A stretch of DNA of 64,000 nucleotides, taken from Haliotis rubra (lineage: Eukaryota). Position numbers and translations under genes: made by a program. Below, one piece after another: positions 11,551 through 24,427 of the stretch. Under the pieces are notes generated by a model, which saw nothing but the letters and a program-made list of their open reading frames with translations, was not told where the DNA came from and did not search any database. Numbering within the stretch: position 1 is the stretch's first letter; each line of letters begins with the position of its first letter. The stretch spans positions 248,001 through 312,000 of the forward strand of contig NW_025766747.1 of the NCBI RefSeq assembly GCF_003918875.1, in the 5' to 3' direction.

Positions 11551-13955
11551 AAGACATATGTAGAAAACATACTATATATACCAGATTTACAGGAAGCCAG
11601 AGATGTACATGTATATACAATCAATCACAGAGGACATATAAAAAGGAAGTTATAAAAACAATGATAATAGGGATAAGGTAAAAACAGTTGACACAAACAA
11701 TGGGGGTAAGGAGATGTGAACACAGCAGAGTGAAAATCATTTAATTATAATTTATAGGAAGTGTTAATATATTTTGACAAAAACAACATTTGTATTACGG
11801 CTATTTAGGTTGATATTTGTATACATTAGTTGTCTATGGGGCTTATGGGTATTTGAATGAAACAGTAAACATGCATTGTCCATCTGTTCAAAGTGTGGAT
11901 CCACTGGAAATTTAATTCTACCTATATACATTACGTTTCTGGATATTAGAACTCGATCGTGATAGTTCTCAACTAGTTTGGTCAACCAAGATAGCCAGTA
12001 CACGTACGTTACAACATTTTGCACGAGGTCCACGGTTCTTTAAAACAAAGTGTGTCGGACAACAATGACATCTCAATCCTATGAAAAAAGGACGTTGTTT
12101 TTAACACGGTCACTAAAATACGACAGGTGTATTCTGCCTTCGTTAATACAACTAAACACACCAACAGTAACTATTGACAAATCAACTGTGCAAAATAACA
12201 GTGATTAATCAATCAACGTATTATCAGTTAATCATTTCATCGAAGTTTTATGAAGCAAATGATAATTCCTCTCGCTCCCTGCGCTTCCACAAGGATCTTA
12301 CATAACATGTAATACTTCTGCCACATCAGACCTGAAGGCTGAATGTATACGAGATATGCCAAATGGGAACTTTTCTCAGGTAAACTGAGTGGTGTTAGAT
12401 AAGTAACCTTTACCGGTTATAAATTGATTAACTGAGCATCACTTGAATGGTGGCAAATAGATATACCACAAGTGTATACCACCAAACATGATGGGTGACA
12501 ACAATGAGGTGCTATTCGTTCTATTGCATGCTATTTAGTTGCCTATAAAACGGAATGGTCGTTGCTGTCTTGATGATACAAACTTATTGTTGCTTTTATA
12601 AAGCATAAATAATGCTGTACATTTTCTGTACACAAAGTTGATAATTGTACATATATGTTAACGTGAGTGGATTTATAAATTATAGTTGCCCCTACAGATT
12701 TTTGCTTCCGTGCGTCCCTGTAAGAAATTTCGATCGATTGAAGCGTTTAAAATTGTGTCCAGTGCCAAACTTGCAAACCTCTACTGTACACCTTTTGAGG
12801 ACTGGACTAAGTTTAACAGCTGGCAGGTTTTCTTTCAAGCGTATTGCTGTGTTCCAAACATTTTCAACCTCGTTACTATACTGATATCAAGCTATGCAGC
12901 GACATGTCGATGAATATGTATTTTCTTGTGTCCTTTCGTCGAGCGTGTCATGTGCGGGGTTTCGCACTTTGCACAACTACTCAATAATACATTGCAGAGT
13001 TGCCTCCCTTACATAGGACAGCATGTTGCCGGAAGAGGGTCAGCTGGATCGTTGTGATGTTATGTTTCATGGGTTTCACTGACAGATGACACATGTATGC
13101 GAAAACAAGAGGCATTTCTTCACCTATTGTAAACAGAACATGCTCAGGTAAAGTGTCCGTGTTACGTGCCTACCGCATGTGCCCGAATCCCTCTTCACAA
13201 TTAAACTATCGAGGGTAGTGTTGCAGTCACCGAGTTGTACTCAGTAGGTGTTTGGTTGTAAATCAGAAAATACAAACATGGTCAGCTATCGATGGTCATC
13301 AGTAGAGGGGACACTGCGGTCATATATGAGACGGAAACTGGGTGTGAACTCAAGGGTAGGACTAGAGCAGGGTTTTACTTCGACTCACAAAAATATTTGT
13401 TAGTATCAATGTGAAGTAATGGTGTACAGTAGAGAACTGAAGAATATAATATCAAAGTTGTTTAAAAATATGGCATGAGTTTAATCATTTTAAATACATT
13501 GGGGCATTTTGACTACCTCCCTGTGGCAATTTGACCAAATTTGCTGGGGCATTTTGTAGCTGGCAATTCGACTGGTACCCCCAGTAAAGCTGATGAGGGG
13601 TCACTCTTGACCCGAGTGACATCGAATTATACCTTGAGTACAATCAGATACATCAAATTGTACTCTGAGTTTTATGTCTAGGCTTGTCTTTTTGTAACCA
13701 GCTTCTCTCTTCTAGTTGACTGAGCAGAGACAATGGAATCTGAGATAACAGGGTTACTTGATGCTAGTTTCATGACGATTCCTTGTTACATGGACAATAT
13801 GGACAAAACATGTATTGTCATGAACTAGCGCTGTAGCAGTGAGCAAGCCCTTGGTATAGAGTATAGCTGGTCATAAGAAGATATAAACTTCAAACATAAT
13901 CTGATATAGTTAATGGTATCCCAGGTACCTGTTGCTGGTAACCAGGTTGATGAGA

Positions 13956-14201
13956 CCCGTGAAGATCTAGGTTGGAATTGATCTTCAGTAACTCATGCTT
14001 GTCGTAAGAGGCGATGGACGGTTTCAGGTGGTCAGGCTCGCTGACTTTGTTCACACATGTCATCGTATTCCAATTGTGTAGATCGATGCTCGTGCACTTG
14101 ATCACTGGATTGTCTGGTCCAGACTCGATTTTTGCAGACCGTTGCCATATAGCTGGAATATTGCTGAGTACAGCAAAAACCTAAACTCACTCACTCACTC
14201 T
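13956..14201 (+). mobile_element. SINE family B, full length
   Basis: cccgtgaagatc...cttgtcgtaagaggcga...gctggaatattgctgagt...aaactcactcactc. Confidence 0.85.
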
Positions 14202-14210
14202 CCAGGTTGA

Positions 14211-14372
14211 GGATAAATAGAGAATCTCACCCGAGTGTCTTTTGATATCAAATATATCACCACGAGTTGATAAAGTAACAAATATCCGAGGCTTGCCGAG
14301 GATATTTTTACTTTTATCAACAAGTGTTGATATATTTGATATCAGAAGACACAAGGGTGAGATTCTATTTAT
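14211..14372. mobile_element. Palindromic MITE-like element
   Basis: gataaataga-aatctcaccc...gatatcaaatatatca... is mirrored by ...tgatatatttgatatc...gggtgagattctatttatc. Confidence 0.65.
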
Positions 14373-14496
14373 CATCAAAAATCACTCTTCATTAGTTTTC
14401 AATGAAAAATGTACATCTCTGAACACAGTACTGCCATTAGATTTGCAGTGCAGTGATGTCATAACATTGTGACGTCAACAAGTTCATGATGTCATA

Positions 14497-14592
14497 TGGG
14501 CACAATGTGTTAAGCTCATTTCTGGTGTCCCCCGCCGTGATATTGCTGGAATATTGCTAAAAGCGGCGTAAAACTAAACTCAGTCAGTCAGT
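14497..14592 (+). mobile_element. SINE family A, 3' half
   Basis: catttctggtgtcccccgccgtgatattgctggaatattgctaaaagcggcgtaaaactaaactcagtcagtc. Confidence 0.8.
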
Positions 14593-15086
14593 CATGATGT
14601 CATAGCATTGTCAGGGCATTGTACAAAATCTACTGTCCAAACGATATATCCTAGGAGATATCGTCTGATCTCACACAAGTGAAATCTACTGTGGAACACA
14701 GTTTTGGATGATAAACCTATCAGTTGCAATAAGTCTCGAACTGAGCATCTAGGTTTGTGATGCCAGACATTTTTGTTTCTGGTGGAGAGGTCACAGACAA
14801 CGGTACATACAAGTACTGTCTGAAGTGACAAAATCAGATTTTTATGAGATTAAACCGGTGTGAATGCAGTTTCCAACTAAGTAAGCGCTCATTGATCTAC
14901 TATTGATTGCTATGGGGTCTCAACAGACGTATAATCTAGGATAGGAAAACCAGATGAAGATAAGAATACAGGACAGTTTATTTGTAAGAATGTCAAGGTG
15001 AGGGTTACGTCACTTGTTTAGTGATATCAACGTATTTATAACATGGTGCCACTCTTGTAACATATATATTCTGACCTTTGCAGGTA

Positions 15087-18000
15087 ATGGCTGAATTTAC
15101 ACGGTCATCGTCTGCCACATCAACTCCATCGGGCCCGAAAGAAGAGACACTTCTTGAAAACTATTTCCTTCTGCTCAGCCAGTTTGCCTATGATAAGGCC
15201 AAGGAACTCACTGTATGTTTAAGTCCACTGATTTGTGTATCCTACTGTCTCAAAATCCAATACTCAACGTATATAATCTTCTTCAGCTATCTTAATACAG
15301 TCAGAAGATGGCTTTGTAAAATAGGCCTCGACTTCAAAACACTCTGCTCATTTAATCAAGGAATGTACAGATGCAAAGTGCAGAACGATTGAGAAAGTGA
15401 GTTTATTTTACGCCGCTTTTAACAATAATTCAGCAATATCACGGCGGGGGACACCAGAAATGGGCTTCACACATTGTACCCTTGTGGGGAATTGAACCTG
15501 CGTCTTCAGTGTTACGAGTGAATGCTTTAACCACAAGGCTACCCCATCGCCCTGCAAAGTGGAGTTATAAGAGTTATGAGATAAGTCTATATGCACTCTA
15601 TGGAGTGCAGTAGGTATCACATTACTTGCTGTAATGCACTGCTATAGAGCTTGTGAATATTTTTCCGGTAGCTGATATGCCATGTCTGTTTGACCCAGAT
15701 TTCGACAGGCCATTTCATGTAAAATGTTTCAGGCTACAGTATTTAATTGTGTTAAGGCCATCAGATCACTCTGCTGAGTTTCAGATACTGCTGCAGGTTA
15801 TGCAAGGTATGACCACCACATAATGACGACTAAATGAGATATTTTGAGGGACCAAATCTTTACTCTGACACAACCGTAAATTTGACACTTTAAAGTTTGA
15901 CACAACAGTGTTTGACTGTGATTCAGTTTTAAGGACCATCCTGAGAAGACCTGTCTGGAGCTGACGTAATAGAAGGACTTCTGTTTTAGGTGTAGTTACC
16001 TTGCGACAATCTACAGCAGTAGACTTGCACTTGTTACCATGGTATAGAGGAGGCTATTTCTGGGTGTTTCAGGAGAAGGATAAAGATGTGCACAAGCTGT
16101 CCGCAGCTGCCTCCTGGGGCACCATCATCCAATGTCTGTCTCAGCTGGCCGCGGCAGAGAAGATGTACATGTCCCTCACCTTCCTCGGACAAAAGAGGTT
16201 TAATCCCATTGGACGAGCCAGAGAGGTATGCTGTGTCTACGCATTCTAATACTTGATAATATCCTAATGAGAGTGAAGCAAAACAATATTTGGCTTTATG
16301 ATACATGGGATACATCATCTTTAAAAGCATCCCAAGAAATACTATATATCAGTAAACAATATAATCTATACTACACAAACAAAGTCAAGGAACATCCAAT
16401 TCAGTGCCATTTAAATACAGGTTCAATATCATAATAAGAAAGAATTTGATGTTCTTTAACTTTTTTTGAGTAGTATATTCATTGGGTAATTGAAATAATA
16501 CACTTTGCTATAATCATTTTGAACATACTGTTAAACTGAGATAACACATTGCTGCCCTGGGGAGATACTGCGTCAGAATTTGTCTTCAGTAACTGTTGCT
16601 AGTTGTAAGAGGCCATTACATGATCGGTTGGTCGGACTTGGTTCATGCATTTCATTGTATCCCAACTGTGTAGATCTATCACTGGATCTAGGCCAGATGT
16701 AGTATTATACTCACTGCTGCCATATAGCTGTGATATTGCCAGTGTGTGAAATAACCACTGGCCCGCTAGCATCTGGCTAGTAAAAACCCAGTCGGGCTAG
16801 TAAATCTCCCCAGTTACTGGCCCGACTGGATGGTGAATTTTGATGTGGTCATTTTGTAAATATACTACAAAAAAAAAAAAGGGAACACCCTAAAATTTGA
16901 TAGTCGTATATAAACTGAAACGTGGTGAGGTCATTTATACACTAAGGTAAATGCAACTTTTTGTGTGCTTAATATGCACTTTAAACGACATGTTGGAACA
17001 TGCAGTGAAGCAACTGATTCAATATTCGTTGAGTTTGAGTGAAATGAAGCATTGTTAAAAACAGCGAAAAACAAGGATGCTGAAACACACCAGCACCATG
17101 TTTGATTCAAACCCCCAAACACAACAGCCTAGTGCTAGTTTTGTTTTGTTTTCGTTTGTATTCTCCTTTAAGCATTTCTTTGTGCAGAACCTGCGTTGTT
17201 TTTGTTATCTCTTTACCTAAATGAACAATTACCAGTTCTTGGGTCAGGAGTTCCAGCGCATTGACAGCTTGTCTCAGACCCCAGTGACTGCTCGCTCGGA
17301 CCTGGAGGTTCTCTTGGCACACCTCAGTGGTCAGCTGAGTCACTACCTCACTGCCAGACAGAGACTCATGGATCTGTATCCTTCCAACTCTTCTATCAGT
17401 CTATCGACGATAACTACAAATTTATGTCTACTTTAGGACAAATGTATCTATGACATAACCTACAGATTAAATGCCATGTTTCAAAATTTGACATCATGCT
17501 TGTGCCAATTTGTTATGTTTTAAAATTCAATGCTTAAGCATCAGTTGTTTTTTGTTATCTCTTTACCTAAATGTTAAATTATGTGATTATGAACATGACC
17601 ATAACTGGAGCTGTTGTAGTGGTAGACCTGTTTAACATCAATATAGTGAAGAAATCTACAATTTGTGTCTGTTTGTTTGTTAGTATTACAAGATTGTGTT
17701 GTCCATTTAACGAAACAAGATATGAGCAGATCTCTTCTGTTGCCGTGCACAGGAATGTGAGTTTTGATGACCTGGTTACCATGGTTACTGACATCATACA
17801 GGCTCACAGTCGGGGGTTCCATCATCCACTCCTCAGCCCTCTCAAGTCCAGCTTCAGGTAGAGATTGAACCATTGTTCTCACCCTTGAGTAGGCTGATGG
17901 GGTAGCCTTGTAGTTAAAGCATTTGCTTATCATGCTGAAGAACAGAGTTCGATTCCCCACATGGGTACACTGTGTGCAGGTAATTTCTGTTGTCCCCACC

Positions 18001-21000
18001 ATGCTGGAATATTGCTAAAACAGCATGAAGCCTTACTCACTCATCCCTGAGTAAGTGAGCACTGCTTACAAGAGTACAGAATACCAGCGTCACAACACTG
18101 CAATGGCATTGATGGCTCCTGATACCAGACAGCTGGTATTGCCATGTGTTGTGTTGCCAGCCTGGAGTGTGGTGTTGACTTGTGTCCTTGTGTTGCCAGC
18201 CTGGAGTGTGGTGTTGACTTGTGTCCTTGTGTTGCCAGCCTGGAGTGTGGTGTTGACTTGTGTCCTTGTGTTGCCAGCCTGGAGTGTGGTGTTGACTTGT
18301 GTCCTTGTGTTGCCAGCCTGGAGTGTGGTGTTGACTTGTGGCCTTGTGTTGCCAGCCTGGAGTGTGGCGTTGATAGTTGTCCATGTGTTGCCAGCCTGGA
18401 GTGTGGTGTTGACTTGTGTCCTTGTGTTGCCAGCCTGGAGTGTGGTGTTGACTTGTGTCCTTGTGTTGCCAGCCTGGAGTGTGGTGTTGACTTGTGGCCT
18501 TGTGTTGCCAGCCTGGAGTGTGGCGTTGATAGTTGTCCTTGTGTTGCCAGCCTGGAGTGTGGTGTTGACTTGTGGCCTTGTGTTGCCAGTCTGGAGTGTG
18601 GCGTTGATAGTTGTCCATGTGTTGCCAGCCTGGAGGGTGGTGTTGACTTGTGTCCTTGTGTTGCCAGCCTGGAGTGTGATGTGATGCGCCACCTACTACA
18701 GGCCCAGATACTCATGTCAGAGTGGCAGTGTCTCCCCTCCCTGCTGCAGTTAAACCAGGCCCACACCAAGCTGGCTAGCTGGGCCAACATGGCGGCCATC
18801 AAAGAGGTGAGTTGTGGGTGACCAATGTTTCCAGTATGGCCAGGTAGCTATATCATCTTTGCAGCAGCATAGTTCATTGCACTTAAAACACTACAAGTAC
18901 TTTCACATCTGTATCAGCTTGTCTTCATCAATCTTGTAGCAGTCTGTTAGTAACATATCACCTCTCTGGCATAGATGCATAGTGTTTACAACTCTGACAT
19001 ATTCCTGATTGTAGTAAGCATGGTAGGGATGAGAGCAGAAGGATGCTTGTATGATTATATACTGTAACTGCCTGTCATGTTCATAATCCCTGTCATTTTG
19101 TTCAGCCTGCGTCCAAGGATAAGCCTACACCGGTAAGCTTGATGGTAGAAACATTGCTGTCACTTGTAGGCTGGGGAACAAGTTGCTTTGTAGTCTGTGT
19201 GATGTGTCATCTCTTTCTTATCTTTGGAATTAATTCTGTGTGGCTTTTATATGTTGTGTGTAACCAATGGTTTCACAATCTGTATACTGGAAATGGAAGG
19301 TTTCGTGTGCTAATATCACTAACATCAGGAGGTTGCTGAACATGATGTCAGCGACAGGCAGGAGCGGTGGGGTAGCCTAGTGGTTAAAGCATTCGCTTGT
19401 CACTCCGATGACTCATGTTTGATTCCCCACATGGGTACAATATGTGAAGCCCATTTCTGGTGTCCCCGCCGATGATATTGCTGGAACAATGCTATAAGTG
19501 GCGTAAAAGTAAACTCACTCACCCATTCACCGCTCAAACTCCAAACCATGTTAGCATAGTCAGTGATCTGATTCCGCCAGTGTCGATTAAAATAGGGCCC
19601 CAGCATATGAATGTGTCATCAGAGACAACCTGGTTCCCCTGGTGTCATTGATTCCTCAGGGGTGGGACATTGTACATGATAGAGTTCACTGGTGTGTCTG
19701 GTCGAAGCACAGTTTCTCTAAGTGATACAACTGCTGTTGACAACAGCACAAATGGTTTTTAACATCTCTATCACACAAAGTACAATACATCAATGCAGTG
19801 TGTTGGATCCCTGGCTACTCACACATCCGTAGGCATCTTGAACTGTTCTGTATATTGGCAGAGGTACAGATAAGCTGCGTATCTGCATAAATTACGCAAA
19901 TATTTATGTGAAAACTCAATTCCTATTAAGTCTATTGTGTACAAGTACGCTTGAATATTTGTAAATACTCAATAAATGTGATCTTACATGCGTACACACA
20001 AAAATGTCAAATCTTAGCTTGCGTACCGGTGGATAGATAAAATAACAAGTATATTGAGACGTTCTATTTCAGGACATGAACATGACAACTTGCAGTCTTT
20101 CTTATCGTTTCTCATATTACAGATCAAATATAAATAACAAGCATTAACATTTAGACTTTACTATATTTTCAAATTTAATGGAAAATGGCAAAATACCCAA
20201 TTGAGTTTGAGTGAGTTGAGTACAATATATTTGGTTACTCAAAGAAAAATTAGGATACCCAATTGAGATGAACACAAGTGAGTACTTAACTCAATTACCC
20301 AAACAGTTATCTGTAGCTCTGTTTTGGTTTTAGGTGCTAAGATATTCTTCAAATCACATTTCACTACCCAGCTATGTTTTCAGTGTTCATCATGATGTTG
20401 TGGTCATTATATGTGAATGGAAATATATGCTGGACAGAAACTACCCCTTCCCCCTTTAAGCCTTGCTGGAGTGCTGAAGTCAAACTGTTTCATTCCCATC
20501 AGCACCATACAGGTTGTATGTTACATGAAACACACCAAAAAGTTCAGATAGTTGGCAGTGCAAATTTGTGTAAATCAGTAAATCACACTACTACTCAGGA
20601 ACAGACTTGCTGATATTTTGTATATGCACCTTAAAGGAAGATCACTTGTTTTATATATATTAACACAGATGACATAGATAGTACACATATAAAAATGGGT
20701 GGTTCTCAACACAGTTTCATTAGAGTCAGTGAGTGAGTTTAGTTTTACACCGTACTCAGCAATAGTCCAGCTATATGAGGGCGGTCTGTAAATAATCTAG
20801 TCTGGACCAGACAAGCCAGTGATCAGCATCTTGAGCATCGATCTACGCAATTAGGATATGATGACATGTGTCAATCAAGTCAGCGAGCCTAACCATCCGA
20901 TCCCCAGTTTGATAAGAACAGATATCACCTGTAGATATGACTTGGTCTTCAGTAAATGATTTTATAACATTTTGTAATATTTAAAACCTAGTACCGGGGT

Positions 21001-23585
21001 AAGTGTGTGACAGATGAGGGAATAATCAGATTAAATACTCATGTTATTGTAAGAACAAAGAAAACAATATGATGACAAAGGATTTCTTCTTTGTTCATAA
21101 AGTCCTTCCATGTGGATATGTTTGCTGTAAGAATTAAAACTGCTTTTCATCCTTTTATCTGTCAGTTCAGTTCAGTTTATTCTACCATTGTATGCTTCAA
21201 GTATGATTTACCTGAGTTAGAATTCTAAATGTGTTGTGCATGATTGTCTGCTTATATACTAAGTCTGAGCAATTTCATCAAGTATCTTAATGTTTGTACA
21301 GCTGAGTAATCGTGTAGTATGTGACTGAGTTAGGCTTCGACATTACCAATTCGAGTGGTATGTCAGTGTTGTCAGTTCTGCTGTGGGAGGACAGCCTGAA
21401 TGATGCATGTTTTATCCTGAAGATAGATGTGGTGCTGAATCCATGAGACATTGTCACATGGAATAGAATACTACTGCTGGTGGCCTTGTTCGCTGCCAAA
21501 CTGTGGTAACTGTGTTGGGTGGATCAGTGATTCAAATAGTGATGGCAGATGTTGTTTTCAGAGCAAGAAAGGTTTTGTGAGCACCACCAGGGCCAGTGTA
21601 CAGACAGGGGTGTATCACTGGCTTGCCAGATTCAAGGGTCTGCTTGTATCCAAGGTAAGGTCTGTTGATGCTGGCATTGGGGGCATGTGCATTACTCTTT
21701 TAATGTTGCTTTGAAGAGAGTTATTTATACCTGAGATAGGTAATTTCTGAAGAAGGTTCTCTTATAATCCTTGAAGCTGCATATGTGTAACAGTTTTGAA
21801 GACTCTGCAATTCAACATTTATGTTTTGAGTTGTGCTGAATGTACCTTGTATATATGCCGGACTGTTGCAGTTCAGTCTGTACTTCTATGAGGTACTCAG
21901 CAAGCAGGCAGTTCCCGTAGAGATGAAGAGCTGGGCCAGCAAGACAACAGACGACTTTATAGGAAAGTAAGTAGCAGGCACTTGAAATATATTAGGTGTG
22001 AAGGATACTGGTAGTTCTGTTAAGCCCTACCATCCCACTCACTGAATTCAATTCATCAGAAACGTGTGCACAGCTGATTGCTATTTCTGGCTCTGTATAC
22101 AAGACAAATACACACAGTAATCTTAATCCCTGCATATAAGACAATGCCTAGCAAAAACAAATTATAACTGAATAGGTAAATAATCCTGTCTAGTATGTTT
22201 AATTGTAACTTTGATGTCTTTACTGACGAAGTCGTCCTCTCTGGTTTGCTCACGCAAAGCGATACAATGTCGTTTTCTTACCCTCTGAAAAATAGATTGA
22301 TGAAAGTATAACCTGTAGATAAGCCAACCTCCTGCTACTGTCTATATGTGGTGTAGAATTCAGTGGTAAGGTGGTGTTATGTTATAAAATGGAATACAAG
22401 TTGTTAACTTGTTCATAGCTGTGCCTGTATAGGTACTCTCCACCCAAGTACAGAAAATAACCTGCTTCGTTTGTTTACCTGACTGCTATATAGGATGATA
22501 TGATAAATTGCCCATGGTCATGTTTTTCACAGAATTACAAGTTTCCAGAAGAAATGTGACGCTCTCAATGTGTCCTTGGTGCTAGATAGTCATGGTTTGA
22601 AGGATACATACAAGGGACCTGGCTACCACCACCCCAATAGGATTACAGAGGCCCCCGAGGGACTGAACACCTTCCCTGCCATACTGTCTATACCGGGGGT
22701 GAGACTAAGGAATCTTACTCCCTGGTGCTACAAGCAACTATTTCAATTCACCTTTTATACACTACTTGATATACCTATTTCAACATCCAGTAGATGGCAG
22801 ATATGACATTTTGTGTTCTGGGTAATGTCATCAAAGTTAATGATGTGATACTAATGAGGTTTATGTGTTTATCAGTTTTACACCGGTGACCTTGAACTTA
22901 CAGAGTTGTGTTACATTTGGTTCCAGGACCGCCCAGCCTCTCACTGGCCAAATGTAGTGATGATGATCAGCGACAAGAACACACCTGACCTTTCCAACCA
23001 GGACAAGATCAACTGCTTCTATGATAAGGTACATGGTGTTTCGTCCTACCTATGCCAATGTTCATTTTAAATCAATTACATAAATCTTTTGATGACAAAA
23101 TCAAGGTAATGTATAATTTTTCTGGTTAATTTTTAAATGTTTTAATAGAAAGCATTTTGTCAATGTTTATGATTAGGGATGTGTTTTCATGTTTTGAATA
23201 TCATTGCAACTCTCCATTCTCTAGAAATAAGGGATCTTGGCCATACAGTCTTACTTCGTCCGATGTTGATACAGACCATAAGCTATATGGTCTGTATCAT
23301 GATCTGTCAGACTGCTTCAGTGGTAAGATGTCTGGTGGTGGTGTGTTGTCATTGCAGGAGGATGTGATAACCTTGAAATGCTGATGTTAGGTTTCTTGTT
23401 TGTTGTTGTAGAGAGCCCAGAGCACCTACTTCATCAGCAGGGTGGATCCTCGGATTTACTTGGTTGTGGTGTTTGAAACCAAGAAATCAGAAAAAGATTC
23501 ATATGTGACAAATTTCATGAACGACTTGAGTTTACAACTTCGTTGCAGTAAGATTCTCAGCAGTTTAAAACCAGGATCCAAATAG
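15087..23585 (+). CDS. KICS2: KICSTOR complex subunit 2 (C12orf66 orthologue), 10 coding exons
   Basis: Exons with canonical splice sites and consistent phases: 15087-15212, 16073-16225, 17188-17375, 17720-17857, 18668-18806, 21562-21654, 21872-21966, 22533-22698, 22927-23028, 23412-23585 (TAG). Peptides FAYDKAKE, LAAAEKMYMSLTFLGQK, LLAHLSGQL, FHHPLLSPLKSSFSLECDV, GYHHP...PEGLNTFPAILSIP, HWPNVVMMI, QSTYFISRVDP...FETKKSEKDS and SLKPGSK match KICS2 as I recall it. Exon 3 has a 27-nt stop-containing insertion. Confidence 0.92.
15396..15552 (-). mobile_element. SINE family A in the KICS2 intron after coding exon 1
   Basis: Reverse complement of family A with A and B boxes and tail. Confidence 0.85.
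16585..16740 (+). mobile_element. SINE family B, degraded
   Basis: cttcagtaac...gtaagaggc...atcactggat...gccatatagctg. Confidence 0.55.
17376..17719 (+). other. U12-type (minor spliceosome) GT-AG intron of KICS2
   Basis: Donor GTATCCTTC; branch-like TCCATTTAAC at 17702-17711, about 8 nt before the AG; no polypyrimidine tract; splicing restores MDL|YEQ. Confidence 0.8.
17892..18043 (+). mobile_element. SINE family A
   Basis: ggggtagcc...gttcgattccccacatgggtaca...gctggaatattgctaaaa...actcactca. Confidence 0.8.
18142..18680 (+). repeat. 39-bp minisatellite (about 14 units) built from the KICS2 exon-5 splice acceptor
   Basis: Unit tgtgtccttgtgttgccag|cctggagtgtggtgttgact; first AG at 18159-60 and last at 18666-67, 13 x 39 nt apart. 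Confidence 0.95.
19106..19132 (+). CDS. Candidate 27-nt KICS2 microexon (PASKDKPTP)
   Basis: ttttgttcag|CCTGCGTCCAAGGATAAGCCTACACCG|gtaagc; phase 0/0, matching flanking exons 5 and 6. Confidence 0.5.
19360..19522 (+). mobile_element. SINE family A
   Basis: gcggtggggtagcctagtggttaaagc...cccatttctggtgtccccgcc...aaactcactcac. Confidence 0.85.
19859..20321. mobile_element. MITE-like element
   Basis: TIRs cagaggtacagataa / ttatctgtagctctg; no clear target-site duplication. Confidence 0.45.
20727..20905 (-). mobile_element. SINE family B, 5'-truncated
   Basis: gtgagtgagtttagtttta...tctggaccagacaa...gtcagcgagcct. Confidence 0.8.
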
Positions 23586-24427
23586 TAGAAAACTATGGTC
23601 ATCAATACACATGTGCTTGGGACTGTTGTCTGCTTCCAGTGATTACAAACACACCAAGAGCAAGACAGATATTTGTGAGTTTATTTCAACATATATTGTC
23701 ATGGTCCTGTTCTAATTAACTGTGACAAGTGTCATCATTAGGTTGTCACACAGGTGCACCAAACCCTGGGACATGAAACACTGGTACAATCAAACATAGG
23801 TGCTATCCAATGTAATGGCAAACAGGAAAGGTTTGAGATTTGTTTGGCAAACGTACAATAATATATAAAACAGTTATGTTGTGTACATATGTTGTTATCT
23901 ATAATTAAAGTATATGATCCCATGATTGTTTGTGTTCCATTTGTTCTGACAATTGCTGACAGCTGGAGAACATATGTTGTATGTAGTGTGTTCAGGAACT
24001 GCTAGATGCAGATCACATTGTTCATGTCCAGATCAACTGATGAATAGCAGGACATAATCAGGACACAAGACAAGTCAGACAGTAGGACCACCATATTGCC
24101 ATGTAGTACCATGCATGCTTCGATTGATTTGTTTTATGCCACTGTCACAAATATTAAGATAATATTAGAATGGCATATTCATTCTTAGACTTGTCAATGC
24201 AAGCCAGTGGTTGAAAGCTTTAGCAGAATTCCATCACCTTTTCCCCATGTTAATGACTCCCTACAAGTGTGAGGTAAATCAGTGACAGGCGTCAAGCATT
24301 ATTGATAGTATACCTACAATACTAATTCAAGGTAAGAAAATTGATGTTCATGTTGTGGTCAATTGAAAGATCACAAAAAACATGACAGGTTCAGGAATGA
24401 ATGCATCCAGTTGGCAAGTCAGCACTG

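Noticed and set aside
13588-13625. CTGATGA followed by a GGGTCA/TGACCC hairpin, resembling a hammerhead
   Set aside because: The required GAAA after stem II is absent (GAGT) and no stems I or III are evident.
18037-18802. Long repetitive ORFs in five other frames, and a superficial CRISPR-like look
   Set aside because: By-products of a stop-poor 39-bp minisatellite; no unique spacers, and the DNA is eukaryotic.
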